Assembly (NCBI GenBank): GCA_002328495.1 | Contig: DCUJ01000009.1 | Span: forward strand, 97,180 to 161,179 | Reading direction: 5' to 3' | From: Sulfurospirillum sp. UBA2217 | Lineage (GTDB): Bacteria; Campylobacterota; Campylobacteria; Campylobacterales; Sulfurospirillaceae | Length of the DNA stretch: 64,000 bases | Shown here: positions 50,687 to 59,879 of the stretch, in pieces | Position numbering within the stretch: position 1 is the first letter of the stretch | Layout of the letters: each line of letters begins with the position of its first letter | Position numbers and translations under genes: made by a program | Notes under the pieces: generated by a model | What the model saw: only the letters and a program-made list of their open reading frames with translations | What the model was told of the DNA's origin: nothing | The model's database searches: none

Positions 50687-53610
50687 TTCTCTTCAAAATG
50701 CAATTTCAATCCATCACTGCTCATCACAAAACCACTAATGGTGATTTTACCCTCATGCACCATTTTATGATGTTTGGAACACAGCGGAATAAGATTGAAA
50801 CGATGATTTTGGTGAAAATGTTCAATTTGACCATGCTCATTGGCACTCTCTTGCGCTTTGATGTGATGCACTTCATCGACGTATTCATCGCACAGAGCGC
50901 ATTTAGAGAGGTAGAGGTTTTTGTTGTATTTACTGCGTTTTTTCTGTTTTAAAAGCTCCACATCACCCAGTTCTCCTGCTAAGTGTCGCCTGATATCATA
51001 CGCCATTTTGATAAACTCTTTATCCATGTGCAAGGACTTCGCAAACTCCAAGCCATAAAGCGAGCTTCCACTGCCAAGCTCTAATTTTCGGTTGTAAAGC
51101 AGTCTATCGTTCTCTTCATCGTAGCTCACACCCAAATGCAAAGGGATGACTTTTGTAAGCTCTTTCATGAGACGTAAGTGTCCTAGTTGGTGCAAATGAG
51201 TCGCAAAAACAAACAAAGAACCCAGCGTGTCCATCTTTTTTATCGCACTGGCGACAATGGCTAAAGCCGATTCTGTCTCCGTTCCATGGCTGATTTCATC
51301 GCCCAAAACCAAAGAATTTGGCGTAGCACGGTTGAAAATATTTTTAAGCTCCAGCATCTCAACGGTGAAGGTTGAAAGACCTTTATAGAGATTGTCATGA
51401 CTCATAATGCGGGTAAAAAGCTTATCAAAGAGGCTAAAGCGCAAACTCGCACACGGAACAAAAAAGCCCGATTGTGCCATGATGACTGCCATACCCAGGC
51501 TTTTCATGAGTGAAGACTTACCGCTAGAGTTGATACCATACAGCAAGATACCTTGTACCTCAGGCGCATCGGTGGCTTCAAGGGTGATGTGATCGTGCGT
51601 GATGCTCTCTTTTCGTGTGCCCAAAAAGAGGTCATTGGGGATATAAATGCCATTTTCTTCACGGGATTCGATGAGCGGATGACGCAGTCCGATAGCTTCC
51701 ACAAAACGCTCCCCCGTAGGGCAAAGTTCAGGGCGGACGTAGTTGAAAAGAGAGGCGCATTTGGCGTTGCTAAGAGCCACATCAAGTGTGCCAACAAACG
51801 CGATGAGGTGCTCTAGGGTGAGGGCATAGTGGGTTTCGATTTTCTCTAGCATCTCATCATAACGCTCTTTGACGAGGGCTATCATCTGCATGTTGCTGAG
51901 GCTGATTTCTTGTGAAATCTCTTCAATCAAGGAAGCGGATATCTTCACACTGTTTTTAAGATGTCTAAAGGTAAAGTCTTTGAAAAAGTAGTGTTTTTCA
52001 CCAATGGTGATAAAGCTTTGCATGAGCTTCTCTTCAATCAACGCAAAACGGTTTTTACTAAGACTGATATAATGCCCCTCGCTCTCCAACCACTCGATGC
52101 TAATCGTTGAGCGATTGTTCTCTTCAAAAAAACTTTCTATGGTTTTAGCAATACGTTCTAATGCGCTAAAACGCTCTTTTTTAGCCTGTTCGATTTTATC
52201 AATCTGTGGATAGACCCCTTTGACAAAAAGGTTTTCGCTGATTTGGTCTTTGCGAAATTTAGCGCAACTGTCTAAGAGAAAGGTATTTTGAAGCATCAAA
52301 AAGAGGGCTTCACTTTCATCAAAGAGCTCTTTGGGTGTGGGGATTTTTTTAAATTGTGCCTCTTTTAAAATGCCCAAGATTGCCTCAAGTGAGGTGCTTA
52401 AATAATCAAGCTCCAAAGGATGCAGTTTTTTCAAAGCAATGCGCCTTAAAATGCGCTCCAAATCGTACACTTGCTTGAGGGCAATTTCAAATTTTTTATA
52501 CTCTTTCATCAGCTGTGTGCTCAAATCAAAACGCTCGTTAAGGGTTTTGATATCGCAGATGGGATTGAGCAAACGCTCTTTTAGCAGACGTTTTCCAATC
52601 GCCGTTGAGGTCTGGTCGATAAGATTTAAGAGCGTCATCTCGTTAGGGTTTCGTGAGATGATATCCAGTTGTTCAAGGGCGTTGTTGCCTAAATAGAGGT
52701 AACGACTGTTGCCCACCAAAATAGGACGGCTCATCTTCTCAATGATGTTCGCATCGTGTTCGATGATAAAATCGCACAAAATCGCCAACGATTCACTCGC
52801 ATAGGGGTAACGTTCAATGTCTAAGTACTCAATGGGAGACAGAAGCGAGCGAATGGCGTAAATACGTGCAAAAAGCTCATTTTGGTAGGTGATTTTGAGG
52901 CGTGTTTTATTGAGGCTGTGCGATACACTTTGGTTGATTTCAAGGTAGTTTTGCACCCACTCTTTATCGATGGATTCGGAGTTAAACGTGAGGACGACTT
53001 CACTGGTTTTATAGGTTTGCAAGAGATTGAATATTTCATCCAGAGCATAGGTTTTATCTTCTCTGGTGCCATGCACTTCGTTGATGATGGTCTTTCCTGT
53101 ACTCACATCAATGGCAGCATACCCCACCGAGTAAATCTGATGGTTACAGTCAATGAGGAGTGAGACAAGGTAGTTTTCACTCGACTCCATCACATAATCA
53201 AAATTGGTTCCAGGGCTGATGATGTTAGCAATGTAGCGTTTGACATGGGGCGGTTCACCCTTTTGGCGCACTAAAACGATGGTGTATTTTTTACTCTGAA
53301 CGAGGCGTGAGAGGTAACGCTCCAAAGAAACAGAAGGAATGCCAGCCAGCAGAGGATTTTGTAAGGAATTTTCGATGATGGATTTGTTTTTACGGGTGAG
53401 TTGGATGTTTAAAAGTTCACTCACCTCTTTGGCTTTACCGATTTGATGGGTTTCGTTATTGACTTCATAGGTTTCAAAAAAAGAGCCAATTTCCATAAAG
53501 ACAATGGTGTTTTTGCCATATTTTTCTTCAAAAAAGAGTTGTAAATCAAAATAGATTTCGCTTAAGAGCTTCTCTTTGGCGTTTAATAATTTGGCTATAT
53601 TTTCGAGCAT
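50683..53610 (-). CDS. MutS-family mismatch-recognition ATPase fused to a C-terminal HNH endonuclease (MutS7 type)
   Basis: Domain [12 protein letters not shown] (Phe-X-Glu), DLERILRR, Walker [43 protein letters not shown] and C-terminal CALC...EVHHI...[14 protein letters not shown]. Confidence 0.93.
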   Translation of the reverse strand: MLENIAKLLNAKEKLLSEIYFDLQLFFEEKYGKNTIVFMEIGSFFETYEVNNETHQIGKAKEVSELLNIQLTRKNKSIIENSLQNPLLAGIPSVSLERYLSRLVQSKKYTIVLVRQKGEPPHVKRYIANIISPGTNFDYVMESSENYLVSLLIDCNHQIYSVGYAAIDVSTGKTIINEVHGTREDKTYALDEIFNLLQTYKTSEVVLTFNSESIDKEWVQNYLEINQSVSHSLNKTRLKITYQNELFARIYAIRSLLSPIEYLDIERYPYASESLAILCDFIIEHDANIIEKMSRPILVGNSRYLYLGNNALEQLDIISRNPNEMTLLNLIDQTSTAIGKRLLKERLLNPICDIKTLNERFDLSTQLMKEYKKFEIALKQVYDLERILRRIALKKLHPLELDYLSTSLEAILGILKEAQFKKIPTPKELFDESEALFLMLQNTFLLDSCAKFRKDQISENLFVKGVYPQIDKIEQAKKERFSALERIAKTIESFFEENNRSTISIEWLESEGHYISLSKNRFALIEEKLMQSFITIGEKHYFFKDFTFRHLKNSVKISASLIEEISQEISLSNMQMIALVKERYDEMLEKIETHYALTLEHLIAFVGTLDVALSNAKCASLFNYVRPELCPTGERFVEAIGLRHPLIESREENGIYIPNDLFLGTRKESITHDHITLEATDAPEVQGILLYGINSSGKSSLMKSLGMAVIMAQSGFFVPCASLRFSLFDKLFTRIMSHDNLYKGLSTFTVEMLELKNIFNRATPNSLVLGDEISHGTETESALAIVASAIKKMDTLGSLFVFATHLHQLGHLRLMKELTKVIPLHLGVSYDEENDRLLYNRKLELGSGSSLYGLEFAKSLHMDKEFIKMAYDIRRHLAGELGDVELLKQKKRSKYNKNLYLSKCALCDEYVDEVHHIKAQESANEHGQIEHFHQNHRFNLIPLCSKHHKMVHEGKITISGFVMSSDGLKLHFEEK

Positions 53611-53715
53611 TGAAACCTTTACATGTAAAAGAAATAAGCTAAATTATACAGAATGGAAGCATAAAAAAAGGGCTTGTTTGATACAATAAAGAGACTATTT
53701 TTGAAGGATATTTTT

Positions 53716-54126
53716 ATGGAAATTGAAATTTCTACCCCCGCACTGCTTTTTCCCGCAGTCTCGCTTTTATTGCTCGCATATACCAACCGTTTTTTGGCTA
53801 CAGCTCAACTCATTCGCTCTCTTCATCGTCAAAAACAAGAGCGTGAAAACTGCGATGAATACTTGCAAATTGAAAACCTAAAGCATCGCTTGGAGCTAAC
53901 CAAATGGATGCAATTTTTTGGCGTACTCTCCATTTTACTCTGTACCCTATCCATGTTTCAACTTTTTTTAGGCTACCTTGATTTGGGTAAAAAAGTCTTT
54001 GGCTTGAGCCTTTTGGTCATGTGTGCATCACTCTTTATCTCGTTATGGGAAGTGCTCATCTCTACCAAAGCCCTTAATCTTGAACTGAGCGACATGCACG
54101 ATAAATGCAAAGTGAGCAAAAAATGA
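53716..54126 (+). CDS. DUF2721-like membrane protein
   Basis: STPALLFPAVSLLLLAYTNRF...QI..LKHRL...SLWEV.IST.ALN. Confidence 0.85.
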   Translation: MEIEISTPALLFPAVSLLLLAYTNRFLATAQLIRSLHRQKQERENCDEYLQIENLKHRLELTKWMQFFGVLSILLCTLSMFQLFLGYLDLGKKVFGLSLLVMCASLFISLWEVLISTKALNLELSDMHDKCKVSKK

Positions 54127-54962
54127 ACCAGTACTTACTCGTAGGCGAAGTCAATCGCCTTAAAATCAACCGCTACACGGACAACGGCGTTTATCTTATC
54201 TGTACTGACAATGACGAAGTGCTCATGCCCAATCAATACGTTACGTATGGAATGAAAGAGGGCGATGAAATTGACGTGTTTGTCTATTTTGACTCGGAAG
54301 ATCGTATCGTGGCAAGTACGGTGTTTCCTAAAGCCATGTTAGACCAATTTGGCTGTTTTGAAGTGGTCGATGTCACCTCTTTTGGGGCATTTTTGGATTG
54401 GGGTTTGCCCAAAGATTTACTCGTACCCAAAGCGCTTCAAAAGTTTCCCTTTTATGTGGGGATGAAAGTGGTGGTGCGGGTCTGTTTGGACGATGAGAGC
54501 GGACGCATCATCGGAAGCCAAAAGTATAACGATGATTTGAGTAAGGATTTAAAATCACTCAAACTCAAACAAGAGGTCAACCTTTTGGTGAGAGAGCGCA
54601 CACCCCTTGGCTTTAAAGTGATTGTCAATAACCTCTACGATGGGATGATTTTTCACAATGAGATTTTTGAGAGCATCGAAGTGGGAGATGAAAAAAAAGG
54701 CTTTATCAAAACCTTACGACCCGATGGAAAGCTTGACATCATCTTGCAACCCGTGGGAGATAAAAGCGATGAATTTGCGATGCAAAAGGTCTTAGAACTT
54801 CTTAGCCTCACGGGAGGGGTGAGTGATTTGACCTATAAAAGTGAGCCTGAGGAGATTTCACAGCGTGTTGGTCTTAGTCGTAAAGCCTTTAAACGTGCCC
54901 TTACGAAACTTATCGACGCTAAAAAAATTGAAGTGACGTTAGAAGGTATGCGGCTGTTATGA
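54123..54962 (+). CDS. CvfB-family S1-domain RNA-binding protein
   Basis: VFVYFDSEDRIVAST, FGAFLDWGLPKDLLVP, GMIFHNEIF, LRPDGKLD, GLSRKAFKRAL. Confidence 0.92.
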   Translation: MNQYLLVGEVNRLKINRYTDNGVYLICTDNDEVLMPNQYVTYGMKEGDEIDVFVYFDSEDRIVASTVFPKAMLDQFGCFEVVDVTSFGAFLDWGLPKDLLVPKALQKFPFYVGMKVVVRVCLDDESGRIIGSQKYNDDLSKDLKSLKLKQEVNLLVRERTPLGFKVIVNNLYDGMIFHNEIFESIEVGDEKKGFIKTLRPDGKLDIILQPVGDKSDEFAMQKVLELLSLTGGVSDLTYKSEPEEISQRVGLSRKAFKRALTKLIDAKKIEVTLEGMRLL

Positions 54963-56176
54963 ACGTAGCGATTATCGGAGGAGGAGCGTCGGGACTGGTC
55001 TGTGCTATTGAAGCAGCACGAGGGGGACATCGTGTCAGCGTGTTTGAAAAAAATGCCAAACTGGGGCGCAAAATCTTAGCTACGGGAAATGGCAAGTGCA
55101 ATATCTCCAATCTTCACTTAAATCCCACTCGCTATCATGGGGAATTTCCACAGTTTGTCACGCCTATTTTAAAACGCTTTAATACCCTTACATGTAAAGA
55201 TTTTTTTCGCACACTTGGTCTTGAGATGCGTGAGGGTGAAGCGGGAAGACTTTACCCCATGAGCCATCATGCGTCAAGTGTTGTGGATATCTTGGTGCAT
55301 GAGGCTAGAGAGCTTGGTGTGAAGTTTTTGTGTGAAAGCGAAGTGAAACGCATAGCACACAAAGGTGAGCAGTTTGAGTTACATGTAAACGACCAAACCT
55401 CCCTTTTTGATGCGTGTGTCATCGCCTCAGGAAGCTTTGCGTATCCGAGTTTAGGAAGCTCTGGAAGTGGCTATGCGTTTGCAAAATGCTTGGGTCATAC
55501 CGTGATAGAACCCTACCCAACGTTGGTGCAACTCTTAAGCGATGAAGCACACCTAAGCCTTGCCAATGGGGTCAAGATAGACGCTGGCGTAGAGCTGTTT
55601 GTGAGTGGTACGATGAGGCAACGGGTGCAAGGCGATGTCTTGTTTACCACCTATGGACTCTCAGGTTCTGCTATCTTAGATATCAGCCGTGCTGCCTCAC
55701 GCGCATGTGTCGAAAATGAGCCGTCGTGGGTCGTGCTTGATCTGCTCCCAACCTTTAGCAAAGAAGCCGTGCAATCCTTACTTCAAAAACGCTTAGCCTA
55801 CGCAGGGAAAAAATCACTCATTTTATGGCTAGAGGGCATCATTCCTAAAAAATTGGCACTTTTTCTCATTCATGCTAACACATTAGAACACCTCACATCC
55901 GCCTCACTCCTAAGCCCAAAAGAGCTTAAAAGACTCTGCTTTTCGCTGAAGGCATTACGCTTACATGTAAAGGGAACCAAAGGCTTTGAAAGTGCCGAAG
56001 TGTGCTCTGGAGGCGTGGATGTCAGAGAAGTGGATGAAAAAAGTTTGATGTCAAAAAAAGTGAAAAATCTCTACTTTTGTGGGGAAGTCTTAGACATCGA
56101 TGGGGATTGCGGAGGGTTCAATCTGCACTTTGCGTGGGGTTCGGGCTACGTGGTAGGACAGAGCATCAAAGCGTAG
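54959..56176 (+). CDS. HI0933/YhiN-family flavoprotein oxidoreductase
   Basis: IIGGGASGL, GRKILATGNGKCNISN, GRLYP, LFTTYGLSGSAIL, AEVCSGGV, GEVLDIDGDCGGFNLHFAWGSG. Confidence 0.95.
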   Translation: MNVAIIGGGASGLVCAIEAARGGHRVSVFEKNAKLGRKILATGNGKCNISNLHLNPTRYHGEFPQFVTPILKRFNTLTCKDFFRTLGLEMREGEAGRLYPMSHHASSVVDILVHEARELGVKFLCESEVKRIAHKGEQFELHVNDQTSLFDACVIASGSFAYPSLGSSGSGYAFAKCLGHTVIEPYPTLVQLLSDEAHLSLANGVKIDAGVELFVSGTMRQRVQGDVLFTTYGLSGSAILDISRAASRACVENEPSWVVLDLLPTFSKEAVQSLLQKRLAYAGKKSLILWLEGIIPKKLALFLIHANTLEHLTSASLLSPKELKRLCFSLKALRLHVKGTKGFESAEVCSGGVDVREVDEKSLMSKKVKNLYFCGEVLDIDGDCGGFNLHFAWGSGYVVGQSIKA

Positions 56177-56600
56177 TCTTTTCTTTTTTAAGAAAAACCA
56201 GTCGTATATTTTTATAAAAGATGATAGGCGCAACGACCATACAGACTATAAGTCCATAAGGAACGTAAAAAAAACCTGCGATATTGCCTTCTACGGGGAG
56301 TGAAAATGCCACAAAAAGGGCTACCGTAGGCATTCCCCAACGATGATTTTTGAGAAATGAAAGCCATAATTCTTGTGGATTGAACTCCCTTTTTTGCCAA
56401 CGCATTAATGCTTTTAAAAGCAGAAAACGAAGGTATAAAAAGAGTAAAAGAAGTCCCCAAAAAAAAGGTATATTGACCCATCTGACATTGGTTTCGATGT
56501 AATACGAAAAATGCGAATGCGCAATAAAAAAGCCTAGCATGACATAAAAAGGATGTGCGCTTAGAGCATAAAACGTCCATAAAAGGGTTGAGAGTTTCAT
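56166..56600 (-). CDS. Hypothetical membrane protein
   Basis: Hydrophobic ORF with AAGGAG RBS before MKLSTL and a TGcTACAAT promoter upstream. Confidence 0.7.
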   Translation of the reverse strand: MKLSTLLWTFYALSAHPFYVMLGFFIAHSHFSYYIETNVRWVNIPFFWGLLLLFLYLRFLLLKALMRWQKREFNPQELWLSFLKNHRWGMPTVALFVAFSLPVEGNIAGFFYVPYGLIVCMVVAPIIFYKNIRLVFLKKEKTTL

Positions 56601-56740
56601 AGAGCGCACTCCTTAAAATCTTTTGGGCATTGTAGCAAAAAAGAGAAGTTTCGTGTATGCGAATTGTTTCACCGTAGACTCACAGTTACTCTCTAAAATG
56701 GCACAAATGTTTGTTGTTTTATAGCTAATTGAGGTTTATT

Positions 56741-56824
56741 ATGACGACAATCATCGATGCAAAGAGCGCTATGGGGGGCATCATGCACTACCACCATGGG
56801 CACAAGAGGCATGATGAACGCTAG
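56741..56824 (+). CDS. Putative 27-aa His-rich small protein
   Basis: MTTIIDAKSAMGGIMHYHHGHKRHDER. GAGG RBS 6 nt upstream and TAAAAT at 56694-56699. Confidence 0.4.
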   Translation: MTTIIDAKSAMGGIMHYHHGHKRHDER

Positions 56825-56831
56825 AAATATC

Positions 56832-57338
56832 TTACTTCTTTGGCTTCATAATCATAAAAACAATCAAGGCAAAAAGTCCCACCATCAAAAGGGTGAAAAG
56901 CCATGAAAAACTTTTGACAATGACATAGGTGACAATGAGAATGGAAAGCAAGGTGGGGACTTCGTTGTAGGCTCGGAAAAATTTCCCACTTTTGGTACAC
57001 AGATTGCAGGCTAATTGAACGCGAAAGTATTCGAGTGAAAATGAATACACGCTAAGTAAAAGGGCGATAAAAAGCTTGGCATCCAGCCAAAATCCAGTTT
57101 GAAATAAGATGGGATTGAGGCTTAACATCGCAACACCGCTGATAAGTGTCGCCCAAAAAGCAGGAAGACCGATGAATGTGTAGATTTTGTATTCTTGGAT
57201 TTTAACGACTTCGACAAACTCTTTTTTGTGGGCATATTCGACATGGTAGACAAATAAACGTGGTAGGTAAAAGAGCATTGCCATCCATGACATGACTGAC
57301 ATAATGTGAAATGTCACAATCCAACTGTAGTATTGCAT
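56832..57338 (-). CDS. hemJ: Protoporphyrinogen oxidase HemJ
   Basis: FHIMSVMSWMAMLFYLPRLFVYHVE, WLDAKL, FFRAYNEVPT. Confidence 0.93.
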   Translation of the reverse strand: MQYYSWIVTFHIMSVMSWMAMLFYLPRLFVYHVEYAHKKEFVEVVKIQEYKIYTFIGLPAFWATLISGVAMLSLNPILFQTGFWLDAKLFIALLLSVYSFSLEYFRVQLACNLCTKSGKFFRAYNEVPTLLSILIVTYVIVKSFSWLFTLLMVGLFALIVFMIMKPKK

Positions 57339-57396
57339 ACAAAGCTCCCTCAAAAATATGCGTAATGTAGCACAGATTGAGGGATATTTTTAGGGC

Positions 57397-57729
57397 TTAC
57401 TTTGAAATTGTGATGAGTTTATAATAACCCAAGAAGAGAAGGGAGGCACATTTTAAGCAATAGTAAAAAAAATCTTTTGGTGCGACATAGAGGATGATTC
57501 GAAACTCTTTTATGGTACGAGCTTTGAGCTGTAGCCAACAAAATCGAAACAAAGAAAAACGATTTTTGCGGTGGAGTAAAAATGCTGTGTGCGGATAAGA
57601 GGCGATAGCCATCATCTCTTCAATGCGATTACTCACCAAAAGAGTGCCTTTTTGCGCGCTTACATGTAAGGCTTCGTGCGTGGACATGATAAGCGGTTTA
57701 AGACGTCCCTTTTCAAAGCAATACAGCAT
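57397..57729 (-). CDS. Hypothetical protein
   Basis: 110 aa. ATG directly after the upstream gene's stop, with AAGGAG RBS. Confidence 0.6.
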   Translation of the reverse strand: MLYCFEKGRLKPLIMSTHEALHVSAQKGTLLVSNRIEEMMAIASYPHTAFLLHRKNRFSLFRFCWLQLKARTIKEFRIILYVAPKDFFYYCLKCASLLFLGYYKLITISK

Positions 57730-59145
57730 CTAAGCTCCTTTTCGAACAGCACGGATGAGGTTGTTTGCCATCCCTTTGAAGACAAAAAAATGTAAAGGGA
57801 TAAGTACAAACCAATAAAGCCTTCCAGCTAATCCATGCGGGTAAAAGTAAGCGGTTTGGTAAAAATGCCCCTCTTGAATGAGAAATTCTAACCATGCAAT
57901 GCCAGGAAGCTTCATCTGCGCAAAGAGCAAGAGGCGTTTCCCCTCTTGCAAATCCACTACCTTCCAAAAATCGACACTATCGCCGATGCGTAAATGCAAA
58001 GGATCTCGTCTACCACGGGAGAGTCCATAGCCACCCACAAGTTTGTCAATAGCCCCTCGCATACGCCACAAAATATCAAAACCAAACCAGCCACGTTTAC
58101 CGCCTACACTGCAAAACATTTGGTAAACATCTGGTGCTTCGCTTGGAGCGATGGCGATGATTTGTCGGTCTGAAAAAATGGCATTGGCAAGGTCATTGTG
58201 GTTGACTTCCCACGCATGACCTGAAGCGTCTGACCAACGGCTGATGACTTGTTCATGTTTGATTTCATCGACAGCGTTTGCGACGGCTTCTTCGTACGAG
58301 ATGGGAATGATGGTTGGGAACAGTGTGCGTGCATGGTCATTTTTGATAAGTACCTCACTCTTAAGTCCTTCGATAAGTGCGGAAGCAATAGAATAGGGTA
58401 CGGGCGTCATGAGGGTGAGCCAATACGAGGAGAGTTTTGGCGTAAAAAAAGGTACAGGAATAAGCGTTCGACGAAGTCCTACGACGTTAGCATAGCCCAA
58501 GAGAAGTTCTTTATAAGAGAGCACTTGGGAGCCAATATCGATGATGGTATTGCCCGTTTTGGGTAAAAAAGCTGCAAGGCAAAGGTATTCTATCACATCG
58601 TTTTGTGCACTGGGTTGGCAGAGTGTATTGACCCATTTTGGAGTGATCATAAAAGGGAGCTTCTCGACCAAATGGCGGATAATTTCAAAACTAGCAGACC
58701 CAGAGCCTATGATAACGCCCGCACGAAACCACAGGGTTTCAATGGCATCGGGACGTGAACTTAGAACTTCACCCACTTCGATGCGTGAGAGTAAGTGCTC
58801 ACTGGCACTCTGTTTTTCGCCAAGCCCCCCAAGATAAACAATACGCTTTACGCCTTGCATGATACATGCGTCCAAAAAGTTTTGAGCACTTTGTCGATCG
58901 CGTTCGCGGTAGTTGGCACTCTCCATCGAATGAATCAAATAATACGCTACATCAATGCCTTGAAGGGCAGCATTGAGACTGGGAATATCAAAGGTATTGC
59001 CCGTACACACTTCGATACCATCTTTAACAGATGAACTTTTGTCTCGTTTCATAAAAAGCCTAAGTGTGCCCTCTTTTTCACTCGATAAACGGTGCTTAAG
59101 CCGTCTTCCGATATACCCAGTAGCCCCTGTGATGAGAATGTTCAT
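57730..59145 (-). CDS. SDR/NAD(P)-binding protein with DUF2867 C-terminal domain (YbjT-like)
   Basis: ILITGATGYIG, VAYYLIHSM, IVYLGGLG, HLLSR, FRAGVIIGSGSASFE, LRIGDSVDFWKV, AQMKLPG.AWLEF, G..GRLYW. Confidence 0.92.
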   Translation of the reverse strand: MNILITGATGYIGRRLKHRLSSEKEGTLRLFMKRDKSSSVKDGIEVCTGNTFDIPSLNAALQGIDVAYYLIHSMESANYRERDRQSAQNFLDACIMQGVKRIVYLGGLGEKQSASEHLLSRIEVGEVLSSRPDAIETLWFRAGVIIGSGSASFEIIRHLVEKLPFMITPKWVNTLCQPSAQNDVIEYLCLAAFLPKTGNTIIDIGSQVLSYKELLLGYANVVGLRRTLIPVPFFTPKLSSYWLTLMTPVPYSIASALIEGLKSEVLIKNDHARTLFPTIIPISYEEAVANAVDEIKHEQVISRWSDASGHAWEVNHNDLANAIFSDRQIIAIAPSEAPDVYQMFCSVGGKRGWFGFDILWRMRGAIDKLVGGYGLSRGRRDPLHLRIGDSVDFWKVVDLQEGKRLLLFAQMKLPGIAWLEFLIQEGHFYQTAYFYPHGLAGRLYWFVLIPLHFFVFKGMANNLIRAVRKGA

Positions 59146-59232
59146 AGCGTATCCTTTTCATAGCATTATAAACCGATACGCAAATCATTGGTAGTTTGAA
59201 ATTGGCTTTTCATAGAAGAGGGAGGATGGGCT

Positions 59233-59270
59233 AATGGATAGTAAGCCTACATGTAAGCTTACTATCCATT
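59233..59270. terminator. 14-bp hairpin whose loop is the motif variant CTACATGTAA
   Basis: AATGGATAGTAAGC-ctacatgtaa-GCTTACTATCCATT. Confidence 0.85.
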
Positions 59271-59282
59271 TATGATTTGAAG

Positions 59283-59471
59283 CTAACCTCTGATATCAAG
59301 GTTCGCTCCAATGCCTTGGTCTGCCAGTCCTGAAACGGTAGCGGTGGAACTCTCCATTTGGCTTTGAAGTGAATCAAGCAGTTTGGCTACCATCTCTTCT
59401 TGCACCTTTACGGATTTTTTCATCGCGTACATCTCAGGTGACAACGGGTTTGTTGCACTGAGTGCGTCCAT
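59283..59471 (-). CDS. YjfB-like putative motility protein
   Basis: MYAMKKSVKVQEEMVAKLLDSL...GIGANLDIRG, matching the typical G.N.D C-terminus. AAGGAG RBS. Confidence 0.8.
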   Translation of the reverse strand: MDALSATNPLSPEMYAMKKSVKVQEEMVAKLLDSLQSQMESSTATVSGLADQGIGANLDIRG

Positions 59472-59498
59472 GGTTCACTCCTTATAAGAGTTGAAAGT

Positions 59499-59506
59499 AT
59501 ATCGGC
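59499..59506 (-). promoter_or_regulatory. Sigma-28 (FliA) -10 element
   Basis: GCCGATAT 27 nt upstream of the YjfB-like start. Confidence 0.65.
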
Positions 59507-59511
59507 ATTTT

Positions 59512-59814
59512 TTAACAACACTCCAATTCTGCTTTTTCCATTAAAGCAATGCCTTTTTCAAAGTCATACGTTTCAAATAATGCAGAGAGATAAAAGACAT
59601 GCGAACAGATGTGGTACAAAATGTCTTTGGAATCGTGTTTGGCAAAAACGGCTTTATAATCTTGTGGAATTAAAGCTTCAAACCGAATCCAGAGCTCATT
59701 TTTGGATTCGGGATGAAGGGCAAAGAGTTCATAGAGTGCGTCAAGCACTTGGGTAGCATTTTCATAGCAGTCTATGTTGGTAAAACTAACATAGCGATCT
59801 CGTACAGGGTTCAT
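59512..59814 (-). CDS. Conserved hypothetical protein
   Basis: MNPVRDRYVSF.NIDCY...YHICSHVFY...LMEKAELECC. Confidence 0.7.
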   Translation of the reverse strand: MNPVRDRYVSFTNIDCYENATQVLDALYELFALHPESKNELWIRFEALIPQDYKAVFAKHDSKDILYHICSHVFYLSALFETYDFEKGIALMEKAELECC

Positions 59815-59879
59815 TGCTTGCAACCTTTTTAGGCTTTTTGTGCATTTTGCATTCCCTGTGAGAAAAGCAAGATGCTCTG

